This document shows positions 12,095-23,995 of a stretch of DNA of 64,000 bases, one piece after another (the first letter of the stretch is position 1; each line of letters opens with the position of its first letter). Source of the stretch: Camelus dromedarius (Eukaryota); NCBI RefSeq assembly GCF_036321535.1, contig NC_087436.1, positions 92,940,001-93,004,000 on the forward strand, written 5' to 3'. The translations under genes were made by a program, and so were the position numbers. Under the pieces are notes generated by a model, which saw nothing but the letters and a program-made list of their open reading frames with translations, did no database searches and was not told where the DNA came from.

Positions 12095-12275
12095 GGCTGG
12101 TGCGCGTAGGGACACAGAGCCTGGCCTCGGGCATCAGTCAGCCCTGATTCAAGTCCCAGCTCTACTGTTAACTGATTGTGTGAACTTGACGAAAGTTAAT
12201 CAATCTGAACCTCAATTTTCTCATCTGAAAAAAGTAATCACACCTACCACATCAATTAGGATATATGTTAGGTTA
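12095..12275 (+). mobile_element. MIR SINE
   Basis: ttcaagtcccagctctact...tgtgtgaacttgacgaaag...cctcaattttctcatctgaaaa. Confidence 0.7.
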
Positions 12276-12620
12276 CTGTAAAAAAACAAAACAAAAAACA
12301 AAAGAGTGGTAGCTCACAATACAGTGGCTTACAAAGATACAATTTTATTTCTTTTTCATGTAAAAGTTCATGTACCCTAGGCTCCCCTCTCATGATCAAA
12401 TGGCTGTTTCAGTTACTACCATTATGTCTGGTTCCAGTAAGAAGGAAGGAGGAAAGGAAAGGGAAGGAACACGACTTTTCTTTCAAGATCCTGACTTGGA
12501 AATTGTTAAAATCCCATTAACCAGGCCTAAGCCACGTGGCCACAGTGAATGGCAAAACAGCATGGAAAATGTAGTTTTTCCTGGTGCCCGTGTGCCCAAC
12601 TCTAGGTTTCTATCACTAAA
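12270..12620 (-). mobile_element. Old MaLR LTR fragment (MLT1K/L-like)
   Basis: agtggcttacaaag...ttttatttctttttcatgtaa, caaatggctg and cccattaaccagg...cacgtggccac motifs. Confidence 0.45.
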
Positions 12621-13124
12621 GGAAGACAGGAGTAGGGTAGGGATTAGAGCCCAGAAGCGGCCATGGCTGGACTATAAACCCAAAGATGATGATGATGATG
12701 ATTCAATATCTGACTCTTCTGTTGTCTCTTAAGCAAAATAAATACTGATTGTTTCATTTGGTAAACAGGCATTGAGGACTGATCTTGTGGCAGGAGTGTC
12801 CTGCCTACCTCACCAGGTAGTAAGCATCAAAACAATAGTAACATAAGTGGATGGGCTTTGAAAAGTCTATCTGTCTGTCTATCATCTACCTCTCTCTCTC
12901 ACTTTCAAGGGATCACTCTTCTTACTTTTATGTTGGGATCTTTTGAGGACCTTGTATCACAGCTATAAAAAGGATAAAAAGAAAATTTCTACTATTTTTA
13001 CCAAGAACATAAAGAATAAAAACACTAGGAAAACTAGGCTAATGGGGGAAGCTCCTTGAAAGACTGAGGATGAGAAGCAATAGAGCAAAGTGGAAAAGGC
13101 CCAAACTGTGGATCAAGGTGACCT

Positions 13125-14160
13125 TGTGTATTAGGCAACTTATGCTGTAATAATCCCCCATGTCAGTGTTGGACAGCACTCTCTCTTACTCCTGGATCTG
13201 TGCGGTTGGCAGTAGCTTTGCTTGGTTCTGCCAGGCTCGTCTCAGGTTTGCTACCTCTATCTCTTCATTCTGGTACCTCTACCTGCACGTGTTCTTGTGA
13301 CAGATGACAGGAGCTTAAGAAGTCAAGTTGCATCATGCAAGTACATTTGGATCCTCTGTTTTATTTCTCCCCAGCTTTATTGAGATACAGTTGACACATA
13401 ACATTGTGTAAGTTTGTGATGTACAAATGTGATGATTTGATACACTTACAAACTGCACAGCCATTACCATCATAGCATTAGCCACCACCTCCATCCTTTC
13501 ACATAGTTACCATTCCTTTTTGTGGTCAGAACATTTAAGATATATTCTCTTAGCAACATTCAAGTATATGATACAGTATTATTAGCTATAATCACCATGC
13601 TGTGGCCATTAGATCTTGTTTTTAATCTGTTAACTGGATAATCTTATAACTGGAAGTTTGTACCCTTTGACAATATCTCCTCATTTCCCCTACCACCAGT
13701 CCCTGGTAACCACCACTCCACTAAGTTTCTCTGAGGTTGACTTTTTTAGATTCCATATTTTAGATTCCATGATATCATACAGTATTTGTCTTTCTCTGAT
13801 TTACTTCACTTAGCGTAATGCCCTCAGGTTCATCCAGGTTGTCACAAATGTCAGGGTTTCCTTCTTACTCATGGTTGTATAATATTACATTGTAAATATA
13901 TGTACTGCATCTTCTTTACCCATTCATCCACTGATGGACGCTTAGGTTGTTTCCACATCTTGGCTATTGTGAGTAATGCTGGAAAGAACATAGGAGGGCA
14001 GGTATCTCTACGAGATTGAAGCCTCTGTTTGGATTTGGCTTATCCACTCACATTCCGTTGACTAAAGCAAGTCATACAGTGAAGGCCAAAGTTGATAGCA
14101 TGGAGAAGTATTTCCCATCTTATAAGTAAGTATTGCAAAGGCAGGAAATGAATAAATAAT
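13125..14160 (-). mobile_element. MaLR LTR (MLT1-type) split by an L1 insertion
   Basis: LTR-like sequence at 13125-13352 resumes at 14022 (cacattccgttgactaaagcaagtcat...gccaaagt). Confidence 0.55.
13362..14021 (-). mobile_element. 5'-truncated L1 (L1MA/MB-type) 3' end
   Basis: cagctttattgagatacagttgac...cattcatccactgatggacgcttaggttgtttccacatcttggctattgtg; flanking duplication cctctgttt at 13353-13361 and 14022-14030. Confidence 0.85.
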
Positions 14161-14184
14161 TGTAAACAAGTAATATAGTCGATG

Positions 14185-14310
14185 ATACTGGAGTTTGAAT
14201 TCCCAACTAGCTGTGTGATCAGGAGCAAGGCTCTTAACCTTCCTGAGCCTCATTTATAAATAGGGATAACACAGAAAACCCATAAAATTATACTTATTAA
14301 ATGACTTAAT
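14185..14310 (+). mobile_element. MIR SINE
   Basis: gagtttgaattccc...ctagctgtgtga...cttaaccttcctgagcctca. Confidence 0.6.
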
Positions 14311-15824
14311 CCCTTTAAAGCAGAGTTTCCCAGTGGCATGCCACAAATAGATTATATGTGTGACATATCATATTTTTCAGTCCACAGACCAGTTGGGTGA
14401 GACTTGGGACTTCCAGATCCTCAGCTAGTGGCCTCCTGGTGCAAGCAGCCATGCTTGTGTGTTGGCTGCACAAATAGTACCATTTTCAGTGCATATTCTA
14501 TGGAAAGTTTTAGGAGGCACTGGAAAGTAAAGCACCTAGGTGGTGCCTGGCCCTCAGTAAGTTTTAAAGCAGAAGCAGCTGTTGTAATTGATGGAGCAGA
14601 GACTGGGGAAGCAGTTTCACGGCATCAGTGAGAACCACTGACAGAAGAGAATTCTGCCCCCCAACCCCTAACCCTGCCCCCAGGAGTTTCAAGAAAACTC
14701 TTCTTGATGCTTTGCTGTTTTCCTCTTCATGACCCTACAGGGGTCATGACCTCACCCCCATCCCCCAGCATTTTGAGAAATCCTGGGAGAGAGGATGCGG
14801 AAGACAGTGTCCAGAGCCCGTGCTCTGTGTGACCAGAGTTGAAAGTTGAATCTAAAAATATGCCTTGCTATAGAACACCAATTGTGGTGGTTTCTATAGT
14901 CATTCCAGAGCTTATTACAAATCCACCCCAAAGAAATTCCTGAAATTGTGCTCATCTGTGTGTTGCTGGTAAGACACAGCACCATTCTTGGTCTGGCATG
15001 AGGTCAAGGCCAACTTGCCGTAGGCTGGAGTTGGAGCATCTCACCATCTGAGAGTGTGAAGCCAATGCTCCGGGTCTCTCTTGGCTGGAATGGCTCCTGG
15101 CTGCTGAGATAGTCTTCTCTTACTGCTATAAAGATGAGTATTCTCAGCATAGACCAAAAACTGAGGGCGACAGCCTGAGGCATTTGAGAACGGTGCTAGT
15201 CTGTAGGCTAGTTGTCCTGCTAGGCAAAGCATGTCACCTTTGTTCACAGAGATATTTTCCTGTTATTTTACTGTTATGTTTCCTCACTACCCAGCACTTA
15301 TATAGTCAGGGGCTAGTGTCCTAAAACAAACATAACAGTTGAGATGATTAACATTGAGAAGTGAAGTTTCAAAAATAAAGTTGGATCCAATTTCCATGTT
15401 ATTTTGGAAACTCAGCTTTAACCCAAGATGCCATTTTCACGGTATGATCGTTGGTTTCTTTGACATTGATTTAACGTTTTATTCATTACTTAGATAGACA
15501 TTTACTGAAAGCCTTTTATGTGTGAGGTTCTGGAGATACAGTGATAAATAAGGCAGAGTTTCTGGCCTCAAGGAGCTTCCATAGTGGGAATTTCCATAGC
15601 ATTAATGGAAATAAACATGATTCTGAAATTTCATCATAGTGTTAACCACTAATCCTCTAATATCTTGTACTGAAGAGAAAAAAACCTGCATGGAAACCCT
15701 CTGGTAATTAAACAGTACTTTAGATATACATATTAAAAGTGTTCATGAAAATCCCTCTCTCGAAACTTACGTCTTAACGAGAGTCTCCTATTATCTTTCT
15801 GTGGAGGAAGAAAAATACTCAGTC

Positions 15825-16265
15825 AGCAATGCTGCTCGGGGAACAGGGAAATGGCCATTCTCTCTTACTGCTGAGAGGGGTCTAAATTGGTTCATGCTTT
15901 CAGGAATGGCAAACTGGCAATATGTAAATGCCCTGCAATGAGAGAGAAACGCTTTAATAAATTATGGAACGTCGCACAAGGGAATACTATGTGAACCATA
16001 AAAATGATGCTCAGATAAATGATGAGATGGAATACGTTGTTGAACAAGAAAAATACAAAACAGTAGACACAGTATGATTCCAGTTATTTGTGTGTGTGCA
16101 CGTGTGTGAGTATACATGCATAAACAAAACTTGGAAAAACGTGAAGCTGATCTGTTAAAGGTGGTTATTTCTGAGTCTTGAAATTCCGAGTGATTTTTTA
16201 ATTTGGGGAGTGCTTTTCTGCACTTTTTGTGTTTTCTACAAAGAACACGTATTACTATCATAATC
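15825..16265 (+). mobile_element. Old L1 (L1ME-like) fragments
   Basis: ggaacagggaaatggccattctctcttactgctgagaggggtctaaattggt, ggaatactatgtgaaccataaaaatgatg, tgttaaaggtggttatttctg. Confidence 0.55.
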
Positions 16266-16789
16266 AGAGCGGGTTGGGGGGTTTGGGATTTTCATTTGTT
16301 GTGTTTCTTAAGAAACAAAACAAGTCTGGATCAGGCCATGTCAACTCAAGGGGAAAACTGATGCCAAGTAAAAACATTTACATTATGTGGCAGAAGTAAA
16401 GATGTGAGCTTGGATAGCTGCTGGGATTTCTACCGATGTGGAATTTTCCAACTGGGCCTGGTGAAGAGGCAACTGTTGTTGTCTGTATGTTTGTTTTGTC
16501 TTGTTTTGTTTTAATTTGTGTAAGCAGTGAAATTAATGGGAATTTAGCACACTTGCAGGAAGAGGATGAGTTCAGTTCTCTTAGACAAATTATGCCATCT
16601 TTGGTGATGGAAATCTGGGAAAGAGGCAGTTGGGAGAACTGCTTGCTGGAACACTGTTCAGAGTCAAGCCTGGGTGAGGGCTGGTGGGAGCCACAGCATG
16701 TCTCCCCTCACTTAGGTGGTTGAGTTTGTGGGGTTCAAGGGAGCTGATCTCTAATCTCATGTTTCTAAATAAAAGTTGATTCTTTTATT

Positions 16790-17680
16790 TTAAATATTGT
16801 ATTAAAATATTACATATTTTAAACATACTTGAAAAAATAGAAAATTATAGAAAGAATACAGTTTTTTAAAATGCTTTTTCTCTCCCTCCCCCCATGTAAA
16901 TATTATACATACAGTTGAAGCCGCCCCTGAACCATGTCCCTAACCACATTTCCCCACCTTCCCCCTTAGAGGTAACCACACTAATTATTTCAATGCTCAT
17001 TGTTCCTATGCACGTTTCAGTAATTTCTCTACATATTTTGCATCAATAAACATCTAAACTTTTTTTCTAAACTTTTACCAAACTTTTTTGGGGTATTTTT
17101 CCTAGACTCCTCCAGTTTGTTTGTTTGTTTGGTTATCGCTGTTTCTGAGATTTATCTGTGTTGATATATGTCATTCTGATTTATTCATTTTGACTGCTGT
17201 ATAGTATTCTGTTATATAACTATATCACAAGATATTTATCCATTCTTTCACTGATGTACATTTAGGTTTCTTACAATTTTGTTTTTGTTTTTGTTTTTGC
17301 TATTTCCAACAATGCTACAGTGAACATTCGTGAACTTGTATCCTTGTCTAGAGTGTATACCTAGAAGTGGGATTACTGGGTCATAGGCTAAGGGTATCTT
17401 TGCCTAACTCAGAATAGCCAATGACCCTTCCAGGTGATTATACCACCTCACGGTCCCACCATAAGTGTATGAAGGCTCTTGCCAGTCTTTGGAATTGTTA
17501 GTCTTTAAATTTTTGCCAGTCTGAAGGCTGAGGAATGATCTCTTTTGCTGTTAATTTACGTTCCCTAAATAATGCTGAAGCTGACCATCTTTCCATGTAT
17601 TTATTGGACTTTTTTTATCCTTTGATAATGGTTTTTGGCCTTTTCCTTCTTGGTTTATTCTCATTTTAACTTTAAAAAAA
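16790..17680 (-). mobile_element. Old L1 (L1ME-like) 3' region
   Basis: gaggtaaccac, tgagatttatctgtgttgat, gtatagtattctgtt, tatacctagaagtgggattactgggtcatagg. Confidence 0.75.
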
Positions 17681-18729
17681 TTAGAAAAATAAATCCATTC
17701 ATCTGCCCACTCAACATTTTTTTTTTTTAGGTGAAAATAAGCTTAGATGCTATGAAAGGATTATGAAAACATTGTAGTCTCTTACATGCAGATACACAGT
17801 TTATGCTATTTTGATGGTTAAGAGGAGAAGGCGCTTCTTCAATATACTTCATAACTGTTGTATTAGGATGAAGCTTTACTTCATTTATAGTTTGTTCTTA
17901 AGGTTTATTTCAGACTATTCTTAAGAAAAATACAAAATTATGTGGTTATGATGATTGCTGTATTGCCCTTGATTGTCCAAATAAAGCATACATTCTAGAC
18001 TCTAGAATAAAGAAAATAAAGATGGCCATGCTCACCCAAGGTTATCCTGCACTCATTCTCAGCAGCACGTGTAGGGTGGTCAGGGGTGCACAGAGAATGA
18101 CTAATGCATTAACAAGGCTTACATGTCCCTTCCACCCCCCTATAATTGCATTCCTTTCATTAGCTTTCACCCAGCTGGTCTGAGTTGCACAAACAAAATA
18201 TTGTGTAAGATCGGCCCATTGATGGTAAATTCGGAACAATTTTTATAAAACCCTTGCCAAGTTACATACTGACCCCAGGGTCTTTAAAACCAGCCAAAAA
18301 ATGTTAAGCAAAAACTGAATTAAATCTATTATCACAAATTTGTGCCCCCTAATCTGATGAGACTTCCAGATGTCCAGCCCCAGACCATCTGCTGAATGTC
18401 TGTGGGCACGCACTCCCCAAACATGTGCCTGGGTAAGGGTAACAGACCGACAGCTTGCAGCTCTGAAATTCTGTGCAGTTCCTGCTTAGACATAAAAGCA
18501 GACAAAGAAAAAAACAAGTAAGAGAGACTTTTTTTGAGGGTTTTTTTTTTTTTAAAAAAAACACCATTTGCTTTCTGTTTAATCGATCAGTTGCTTTGTT
18601 CTTGGAGTCAAATGGCTCGTTTCTCTCAAAGACAACAGACTGTGTGATTTCAAATATTTCATAAAGCAACAACAAAACCTTTGGGAGTTAGTTGGTAACT
18701 TAGACTTGGTAGTAATTCTGAGTAGCATG

Positions 18730-18950
18730 TTTTGTTTATTACAGCATCTCTGCCTTATGGCAGGATTCCGAGAAAACAGACTCTCAGAAGGAGTTGTATG
18801 TGCAGGAGGTTTATTGGAGGGTGCTCTCAGGAACAATCTGAGAGAGAGAGAGACAGGGAAGTAAGATGGGGCAGAGGGAGAAGTTGGACTAAGAAGCAGT
18901 GACAACAGAGGCCTCACCCATTCCCATGGGGAGCTTTAGAGCTTGGATGG
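18730..18950 (-). mobile_element. ERVL LTR (LTR33-like) fragment
   Basis: cagactctcagaaggag...gcaggaggtttattggagggtgctctc...gggcagagggagaagttgg...gaggcctca. Confidence 0.6.
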
Positions 18951-19500
18951 TGTGACAATTTTATGTGTCAACTTGGACAGGCTGTGGTGCCCATTTGTTT
19001 GGTCAAACGCCAGGCTAAATGTTGCTATGAAGGAAGGTGTTTTTTTCTAGGTGTGAGTAACATTTACATCAGTAGACTTTCAGTAAAACAGATTACCCTC
19101 AATAATATGACTGCATCTCATACTATCAGTTGAAGACTTTAAGAGCAAAGACAGAGGTTTCTTTTTCTTTCTTTTTTATTTTTGTGGGGGTGGGGGGGAG
19201 GGAGGTAATTAAGTTTATTTGTTTATTTACTTTTTTTTCTAGAGGAGGTATTGGGGATTGAACCTGAAACCTCATGCATGTTAAGCATGTGCTCTACCAC
19301 TTTGAGCTATACCCTCCCCTGACAGAGGTTTCTTGAAGGAGAAGGAATTCTCCTTAAGACTGCAACATAAAAACCCTGCCTGAGTTTCTAGTCTGTTGGC
19401 AATTCGACCTCAAGACTGAAATCTCAACTCTCACCTGAATCTCCAGCCTGCCCTACAGATTTCAAACTTGACAGCCCCACAATTGTGAGTCAATTCCTTA
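18951..19500 (+). mobile_element. MLT2 (ERVL) LTR interrupted by a SINE
   Basis: tgtgacaattttatgtgtcaacttgg start, cagattaccctc, ccagcctgccctacagatttcaaacttgacagccccacaattgtgagtcaattcctta. Confidence 0.8.
19164..19320 (-). mobile_element. Vic-1-like SINE with 14-bp TSD
   Basis: tRNA-like head and tail domain; perfect TSD gacagaggtttctt at 19150-19163 and 19321-19334. Confidence 0.9.
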
Positions 19501-19589
19501 GCATAGGGGTTAAACCCTATGGGTCGTATGTTATGACTCTTCCATTGGGGTTTGCCATAAACTGTACACAGCTTCTTTTCCCATCACAG

Positions 19590-20105
19590 TGTCAAGAACT
19601 ATGAAGGATCTAAGATTTTTATCCTACTTGCAAGCTAGCAAGTTAGCCTGCCACAGTTTCAAGGATGCTGGTGGAAGACATGAGTCTCCTTGGTCAGAGA
19701 TGAAGAGCAGTGTGTCACTCACAGCTATAGTCATAGCCAGAGTATCAGCATTTAACACTGGTTCCCTGAGCCCCAATTCCCATACGGTGATACAAGAAGA
19801 GTCACATCACACCTGCACCCTCAGTGGACTGCATTACCGTAGAGGGACCCTGAGTTTAGGAAACCCATATCTTTTATAATGAGCAGTAAGTATGCCTGCT
19901 CTTTGCTCCAGAAGGAGGTACTATCTCTATCTTCCGTGGCTATAAGAAAACTTAGCCTAAGTTCTGGAGGAAGACACTGTATCTTCCAAGGCTATTTCCA
20001 GACAAACATCCTTGAAATGGTAGTCCAGAACAAAGGGTAGACAGTGCCTCAATCACAAGACATGCAGAAATGCAAAAGGCCAGTGGAGAATTGTCTCTCA
20101 AGACA
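19590..20105 (-). mobile_element. Solo LTR (MER89-like, ERV1 class)
   Basis: tgtcaagaactatgaaggatctaagatttttatcctacttgcaagctagcaagttagcctgccacagtttc ... gagaattgtctctca; family name is from recall. Confidence 0.55.
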
Positions 20106-21720
20106 AGATGCCACTAGCATATGGTCTGTCAGGTTATGTTGTTCAAAGGACGGAGCTTCTTACACCCCGGCCTGGGCCTACTTCAGAGCCCTGTTCTGCT
20201 TTGGGCTCTATCAAAGCCAGCAGTCCTGCATGTCACTTGGTATATTAACTGGGGTAATATTCAAAAGTGTAGAATATGCTTCTTCCAGAACCTCCAAAGG
20301 CATGGGGCTTTCTTCCTAAAGATGGCGGTGCAAGAGGCATATTTTGAAGAGGATTTCTCTGTATGTCGTAGATTACAGGACACTTATAAAATGTATTAAC
20401 GTGTTAGACTTCTGAATCTTCATAGGGTTTACCTTCCACTCTCTGGAGTAAAATCTCCAGCATATTTGTTATTTCCTGCTTATCCAGTCTGATGAACATG
20501 ATGTCATTGATACTGTGGATCAATCTGATGCTTTGTGGAGTGTGAAGATGGTCCAGATCCCTTTGGAATATATTGTGACATAGTGCAGGAGAGTTAACCT
20601 AGCCCGAGGCAAGTTTATAAAAATATACATTGTTCACTCCATGTGAATGCAAACAGGTTTGGAGCCTCCTTCCTTCTATGCATGGAAGAGAGTGTATTCG
20701 TGAAGCTGCTCCAGCAATGATAGCACTTCTGGCACAACAGCTGTAACTGGACCTACTGCTTGGCTGAGTTTGAAGCTGCCCACTGTCATCTGCCAGGATC
20801 CAATTGGTTTTTGTAGGGATCGGACTGGTAGGACTTAAGGTGGCACCAATCTCTGCCATTCTTGCTGGGATGTGGACTTGTTTTTGTTATTTGCTTTACC
20901 TTGGCTGGGCGAGCCTGTCTCACAGATTCCTTGTGTCCTTCCCCACTACGTTGGCTCTTAGACCATTGGCTAAGTAACCCATGCAGAACTCTGCCGTCTA
21001 CCAAGTATGTCCATTGTAAATATACCTTTGGGGAACAGGGAAATGACCATCAGATGAGTCTCTGGTCTCAGCAGACTCACTGTATGGAGATCTAGGCCTA
21101 AGTTACTTGGCTCCCATATGCCCTGAGTCTCACAAGGCAGCCACAACAATGTTTCAGGTCCCCAGCTATAGTCCACAAAACGTGGACCCGAATCTAACAG
21201 TCTTCAAAAAGCTAGATTTCTATCTTTCCCCAGTATATGGGTGCATGAGTAAATGGCAATACGTCCTTTTGGGTAAGGACTGAAGGAATCATTATTGTAT
21301 TCACTTGCCATTTTGTTGCAGGGCCCTTTCTCATGGGACCTATGTCTTCTTTAGGCAGTGGATTCTGGATCTGACAGCTGGCTCGGGTTCAAAATCGGGC
21401 AGGGGATCATGACTGTATATTAGGAGAGTTGCCTTTAATATCCTGATTATCCATCTTTGATTTCTTTTGATTGTATAAATTGAGCAAAGCCCTTGTGGGT
21501 TACCCATCTTCCTTGCCCTTAGATATACTGTATTCTATTAACCATCTCCATACTTTCTGTAGGTCAGGCCTGCCTGGCTAACGACCTAACCTTGCTGCTC
21601 CTTATAATAATTACACTCACTTTGCTTCTGATTTTTAAGTGCCACTGCCTGACTTCTATTATTTTAAGATTCTATCACCCTCCAATGCTATCCAGCTCCA
21701 TTCAGGAACCACATTATATC
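20106..21720 (-). mobile_element. Decayed ERVL internal region (protease and reverse transcriptase remnants)
   Basis: Minus-strand translation from 20598 gives VNSPALCHNIFQRDLDHLHTPQSIRLIHSINDIMF (ERVL RT; YIDD decayed to SIND near 20503-20514). LLDSG at 21200-21186 is an aspartyl-protease motif. Stops and frameshifts are present. Confidence 0.85.
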
Positions 21721-21744
21721 TACCAACAGCACTAACCTATAAAT

Positions 21745-21971
21745 CAGAGACTGGCAAACTACCACCCATGAGCCAAGTCCAACCTATCGCTTGTTGTGTA
21801 AATAAAGTTTTATTGGAACACACAGCCACGCTCGTTGGTTTCCATATTGTCTGTGGCTGCTTTTGTGCCTCAATAGCAGAGTTGAGTGGTTGTGGAAGAG
21901 ATCATATGGTTCGCAAAGACTGAAATATTTATTCTCAGGTCGTTTTTTTGGAAAAAGCTTGCTGATCTCTG
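21745..21971 (+). mobile_element. MER58A (hAT-Charlie) DNA transposon
   Basis: cagagactggcaaact...gtaaataaagttttattggaacac...aaaagcttgctgatctctg; terminal inverted repeats and degenerate 8-bp TSD ctataaat/ctatagag. Confidence 0.85.
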
Positions 21972-22319
21972 CTATAGAGATCAGCCACCTTAATAATGTT
22001 GGCTTTCTGTTCACTGCTGCGTTGGTTATTGCTTTGGCAAAGGTGTTTCCTCTGGGTCTCCTTGTGGAACATAATCCGTTGGTAGGATAAGAATAACTTT
22101 GTGAGGTTATTCTTGCAATAATCTTGTGCAGTATGTCCACTTGTCTGAGCCTTTGATTCACTTCACCCCATCTTCTGCCTTTGAGTCTCCCTTTAGTGCT
22201 CCCTATTGGTAGAACCTACCAGTACCAGATGTAGTTTGTAGTCACTACAAAGCAGAAATGAAGCAACCCAAATTAAAATTTAGAAAGTGAGAAACAATAG
22301 ATTAATAAAGAGCCCAAAG

Positions 22320-22575
22320 AGCAAGAATGTAAGTGAGGAGACCAGTTTAGAAAGTTTATTGCTGGCAGCCTAGGGGAGGTGATGGCAGTTAAGATGAAGA
22401 GAGGGGAACAGATTCGAGTCACATCTGAGGTTTAAATTAATAAGGCTTTGTGCAGGCGGTAAGGGGAGGGGAGAGAACAGGGAATTAACTAACTGGTTGA
22501 TGGTGATTTTAGTGATGTGAGGAACTGAAGGAGGAGCAAGTTTGTGGGTGAAGAGTTTTGTGGTAGGATTTGAGC
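22320..22575 (-). mobile_element. L2 fragment
   Basis: ggagaccagtttagaaag...ggtgatggcag...aggagcaagtttgtggg...gagttt. Confidence 0.5.
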
Positions 22576-22832
22576 CGGCCTTGAAGGGCGGGCAGAGAGC
22601 AGCAGGAAGGCATTCAGGATGCAGGAAAAGTCAACAGAAGAATAAACTGAAAAAAAAAAACCCCACCACCCTGAAATCATATTCAGGAACAGTGGGTCCA
22701 CCAGTTTGCCTGAAGAGAGGGTGTGAATGAAATCAAGAGAAATTGCAGCCCACGCAGCTACAGAGCTGTTAGCATGTGTATCCTTAGAACTTTGAATTGA
22801 CCATTAAGTACTTAGCATTTGTTTTCCTAAGA

Positions 22833-23140
22833 AAACTTTTATTGAGATATAATTCATATACATAAAACATGGCCATTTAAAGTAGACGATTTAAAGGCTT
22901 TTTAAAAAAATACATTCACAGAGTTGCTCAACCATCACTACAGCTTACTTTTAGAATGTATTCCTCACCCCAAAAAGAAATCTCATCCCCAGTACCAGTC
23001 AACCCTCATTCCTTTCTCCCATGACCAGCCCTACTTTCTCTCTCTATAGATGTATATATTCTAGACAATTCATGTAGACGTTCATACGAAATATGTTCTT
23101 TTGTGTCTGGTTTCTTTCACATGATGTTTTCAAGATTCTA
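22833..23140 (-). mobile_element. L1MB-type 3' end
   Basis: ctttttattgagatataattcatatacataaaa...cattcacagagttgctcaaccatcactac...caccccaaaaagaaatctc. Confidence 0.8.
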
Positions 23141-23454
23141 AATATTTAGCTTTGAGATTGCTAAGTGTGTGGCTAAAATCAGGAGGAAAATAAAATTTAT
23201 TTTGAGTTATTTCATCCAAAAAGTGTATTTTCAGTTTTCCTAATGTCTATTCTTTGAATCATCTAACGCAAATGAAAAGATGATGCAAAAAATATCATTT
23301 TAGGACCTTTAAGAAAACTTCAACACAACACGGAGAGTAAGGAGAGGATGGGAGTCTTTACCCCGTATTTTTATTACGATGTTGCTTTTTAATGAAAATC
23401 TAAGAATCTGGTCTCTAGCTTTATGTTAACCTGCTCTGTCTTTATTTGGCAACT

Positions 23455-23580
23455 TTCGATTAGTAGATTAAGAGTCATATTGCCTAGGTTTAATCCTGGC
23501 TCTGCCACACGTTGGTTGTGTGACCCTGGGCAAGTCACTTAATCCCTCTGTCTCTTTATTATCATGGTGATAATAGATCT
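23455..23580 (+). mobile_element. MIR SINE
   Basis: aatcctggctctgccac...tgtgtgaccctgggcaagtcacttaatccctctg. Confidence 0.8.
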
Positions 23581-23609
23581 TGAATTCCTTAGAGCTAGAA
23601 TTTGAATTC

Positions 23610-23995
23610 CAGATGTGGACGAAAGACCACATTTCAAAGTCTCTCTTGCAGCTTGGTGTAGCTTTATGACTACATTGTAGACGGCAAGCGCTTCCTAGCT
23701 GCCCCGGCTCACAGGGCCTCCCTTTTCTTCCTTCTGCCTTCCTATCTTCTAGACTTTAATTTGGGTGTGATGGTAGCAGCCCCAGCAACCATGAAGTCAC
23801 CACTCACACTCTGCGAATAGCTGCAGAGAGACAGGAGCCCACATCTCTGAAGATGGCAGAGAACTGCTATCTGTATCAGCCTCAAATGGTGTGACTCCAG
23901 AATTCTTTGATGTGAGAGTGAAATCAACATTTTCTTGGTTAAACCATCATAATTTTGCTTGTTGAATATCAGTTATCTGCAGTCAACCTCTCCTG
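23610..23995 (+). mobile_element. MaLR LTR (MLT1J-like)
   Basis: ccacatttc...ctctcttgcagcttggtgtagc...gatggtagcagccccagcaacc...gtgagagtgaaatcaac. Confidence 0.5.

Noticed and set aside
12671..12702. FLAG-tag-like peptide DYKPKDDDDDD in ORF 12370-12732
   Set aside because: Produced by a (GAT)6 microsatellite. It is not the exact DYKDDDDK, has no vector context, and the ORF runs through an old LTR remnant.
20106..21720. Domesticated or intact retroviral gene
   Set aside because: The catalytic YIDD motif is mutated and there are stops and frameshifts.
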